This document shows, piece after piece, positions 8,019 through 10,210 of a stretch of DNA of 10,210 bases. Positions within the stretch are counted from its first letter, which is position 1. Each line of letters begins with the position of its first letter. The position numbers and the translations under genes are program-made. The notes under the pieces are model-generated. The model was not told the origin of the DNA, ran no database searches, and worked only from the letters and a program-made list of their open reading frames with translations. Source of the DNA: an uncultured Deinococcales bacterium (lineage in GTDB: Bacteria > Deinococcota > Deinococci > Deinococcales > JAAFIG01); NCBI GenBank assembly GCA_964244895.1, contig CAXTKV010000188.1, forward strand, positions 1-10,210. Reading direction: 5' to 3'.

Positions 8019-8072
8019 CCAAATCAGTTTCGGCTCGAGCGCCTTCAACCCTCGAGCCGCAAGGAGGCCGTC

Positions 8073-9860
8073 ATGATCGCAGACCGTCCCGAAATCAAGA
8101 CCAAAAAAGGTGGCGCATTCCTGATCGAACAGACCGCGCCCGCCGACGTGCAAACCCCGGAAGACTTCACGCAGGACACCAAAGACATCTACGCCGCCGT
8201 CGACGAATTCATCAAAGCCCGCGTGCTGCCGAACATCGAAACCCTGGAAAATCACGACAACCAGCTTTTGAAAAAGCTCGTCAAGGAATGCGGCGAGCAG
8301 GGTTTCTACCTGCTGGAAGTGCCCGAAGCCTACGGCGGGCTGGACATGTCCAAAACCACCGCCACCTACGTCGGTGAAGCCCTGACCAGAGGCGGCGGTT
8401 TCGCCGTCAGTTTCGGCGCGCACGCCAGCATCGGCATGCTGCCGCTCGTGTACTTCGGCAGCGACGCGCTGAAGGCCAAGTACCTCGAGAAAATGGCCAA
8501 AGGCGAGATGATCGGCGCGTACTGCCTGTCCGAACCCGGCTCGGGATCGGACGCGCAGGCCGCCAAAGCCAGGGCTGTACTTTCTGAAGATGGCACGCAC
8601 TACACGCTCTCCGGCACGAAGATGTGGATCTCCAACGGCGGCATTGCGGACATGTACACGGTCTTCGCGCAGGTGCCCACCCCGGAGGGCAACAAGTTCA
8701 GTTGCTTCCTGGTCGAACGCGCCTTTCCCGGTGTCAGCACCGGCAAGGAAGAGCACAAGCTGGGCATCAGGATGTCCAGCACGACCCAGTTGATCCTGGA
8801 AGACGTGAAAGTCCCCGCTGAAAATCTGTTGGGCGAAGTCGGCATGGGCGCGAAGATTGCGTTCAACATCCTGAACATTGGGCGCTACAAGCTGGGGAGT
8901 GGCGGCACGGGCGGCAGCAAGAACATCCTGGAATCGAGCGCCAAGTACGCCAAGGATCGAATGAGCTTCGGCAAGCCGATCGCGTCCTACGGCGCGATTC
9001 AGGAAAAACTGGGCGAGATGGCCGCCCAAATTTATGCCGCCGAAAGCGCCACCTACCGCATCACCGGCATGATCGACGAGATCGCGTCCAGGGCCACCGA
9101 CGCCAAAGGCAAACTGAAAGCCATAGAGACCTTCCGCGTGGAAGCCAGCATCATCAAGGTCTTCGGCACGGAAGTCCTGTCCTACTGCGCCGATCAGGGC
9201 GTGCAGGTCTTCGGCGGGTACGGCTACAGCGAGGAATACCCGGTCGCCCGCGCCTACCGCGATGCCCGCATCAACCGCATTTTCGAGGGCACGAACGAGA
9301 TCAACCGCATGATCATCCCCGGCGAGCTGCTGAAAATGGCCATGAAAGGTGAGCTGGGCTTGCTTCAGGCCGCACAGCAACTCCAGGCTGAAATTCTCGA
9401 GCCGAGCTTCGAGGACACCGACGACGACGGCCTGCTGGCTGCCGAAACCCGCGTGGTCGAGAACATGAAAAAAGCCGCGCTTCAGATCGCGGGACAGGCC
9501 GCGATGAAGTTCGGGCCGAAGCTGGCCGAACAGCAGGAAGTCATGATGCGCGTCGCGGACCTGATCATCAACGCCTTCGTCGGCGAGAGCATGATCCTGC
9601 GCACCAAGAAAGTCGCTGCCAGCGGCAAGAACGCCGAACTGCGCGCCGCCATGACACAGTTGTTCGTGAGTGACGCCATCGAGAAGTGCGCCACCGCCGG
9701 ACGCGAGGCGCTCTCTGCGTTCCTGGAAGGCGACGATTTGCGCATGAACCTGGCGGCGCTCAAACGCTTCACCAAGCACGACGCGGTCAATACGATCGCC
9801 CTGCGCCGCACGGTCGCGGAAGCCGTGCTGGAAGCGGACGGCTACCCGGTCAAGGCGTAA
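8073..9860 (+). CDS. Acyl-CoA dehydrogenase, long FadE/VLCAD-like form (595 aa)
   Basis: AAGGAGG RBS; GGAFL, PEAYGGL, AYCLSEPGSGSDA, GTKMWISN, EEHKLGIR.S.T, LNIGR, QVFGGYGY.EEYP, RIFEGTNEINR, plus a C-terminal helical extension. Confidence 0.96.
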   Translation: MIADRPEIKTKKGGAFLIEQTAPADVQTPEDFTQDTKDIYAAVDEFIKARVLPNIETLENHDNQLLKKLVKECGEQGFYLLEVPEAYGGLDMSKTTATYVGEALTRGGGFAVSFGAHASIGMLPLVYFGSDALKAKYLEKMAKGEMIGAYCLSEPGSGSDAQAAKARAVLSEDGTHYTLSGTKMWISNGGIADMYTVFAQVPTPEGNKFSCFLVERAFPGVSTGKEEHKLGIRMSSTTQLILEDVKVPAENLLGEVGMGAKIAFNILNIGRYKLGSGGTGGSKNILESSAKYAKDRMSFGKPIASYGAIQEKLGEMAAQIYAAESATYRITGMIDEIASRATDAKGKLKAIETFRVEASIIKVFGTEVLSYCADQGVQVFGGYGYSEEYPVARAYRDARINRIFEGTNEINRMIIPGELLKMAMKGELGLLQAAQQLQAEILEPSFEDTDDDGLLAAETRVVENMKKAALQIAGQAAMKFGPKLAEQQEVMMRVADLIINAFVGESMILRTKKVAASGKNAELRAAMTQLFVSDAIEKCATAGREALSAFLEGDDLRMNLAALKRFTKHDAVNTIALRRTVAEAVLEADGYPVKA

Positions 9861-9877
9861 GGTTTTTTAGATCGTTC

Positions 9878-9905
9878 AAGGCGGCTCGAGAGGGCCGCCT
9901 TTTTT
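9878..9905 (+). terminator. Intrinsic terminator of the acyl-CoA dehydrogenase gene
   Basis: AAGGCGGCTC-GAGA-GGGCCGCC followed by TTTTTT. Confidence 0.88.
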
Positions 9906-9918
9906 CGTGCGATCTCAG

Positions 9919-9971
9919 GAACACCGTCCAGCACGCGAATCCTGGAATACGTCCTGAACGGTGTTCTCGAG
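9919..9971. repeat. ACCGTCC-family hairpin
   Basis: GAACACCGTCCAGCACG-N14-CGTCCTGAACGGTGTTC-TCGAG. Confidence 0.85.
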
Positions 9972-9983
9972 TTTCCCTCTCCG

Positions 9984-10210
9984 TCACTTGAAAGAATCGA
10001 TCAGTTTCCACTCGAACATCTCTTTGAAATCTTCGAAGCACGTCTCGCAGATCCAGCGGTACTCGTCGGAATCCGTGTAGCCCCAATGCAAAATATCGGG
10101 CGAATCGTAATCCATAAATGTTGCGAAGCAGAACTCGCAGTGGTCGTGATCCCAGTGGGCTCGAGTCTGGTGCCATTCCTTCCATTCGAGGCTCACACCT
10201 TTGAGGTAAC
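9984..10210 (-). CDS. Small hypothetical Cys/His-rich, probably zinc-binding protein; 5' end outside the window
   Basis: The frame stays open past GTG 10196 to the window edge (..YLKGVSLEWK..). It carries WDHDHCEFC and WICETC motifs and is Trp-rich and acidic. Confidence 0.75.
   Translation of the reverse strand, partial: YLKGVSLEWKEWHQTRAHWDHDHCEFCFATFMDYDSPDILHWGYTDSDEYRWICETCFEDFKEMFEWKLIDSFK

Noticed and set aside
8004..9779. 591-aa minus-strand ORF
   Set aside because: Antisense shadow of the acyl-CoA dehydrogenase gene.

Overview
GC-rich chromosomal window, most likely from a Deinococcota bacterium, judged by the ribosomal protein S20 sequence and the leaderless TAnnnT-N5/6-ATG gene starts. 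Genes from left to right: CE7 acetyl xylan esterase (-, 3' end outside the window, absent from the ORF track), rpsT (+), a 625-aa zinc-ribbon/Hanks Ser/Thr kinase fused to a full-length but degenerate RuvB (-), purU (-), serine hydrolase (+), leishmanolysin-like M8 metalloprotease lipoprotein (+), FadE-like acyl-CoA dehydrogenase (+), and a small Cys/His protein (-, 5' end outside the window). The most unusual object is the kinase-pseudoRuvB fusion. Its kinase motifs are intact, while the RuvB Walker A, arginine finger and DNA-binding wing are all replaced. A CRP/DdrI-like box lies upstream in class II position. The non-coding DNA is also highly patterned: CTCGAG occurs about 39 times (about 3-4 expected), a CTCGAGAACACCGTCCAGCACGC hairpin-repeat family occupies six of the seven intergenic regions and sits just after five stop codons, and three GTAG-type REPs are interspersed. 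All calls come from motif recognition and manual counting; no searches were run.
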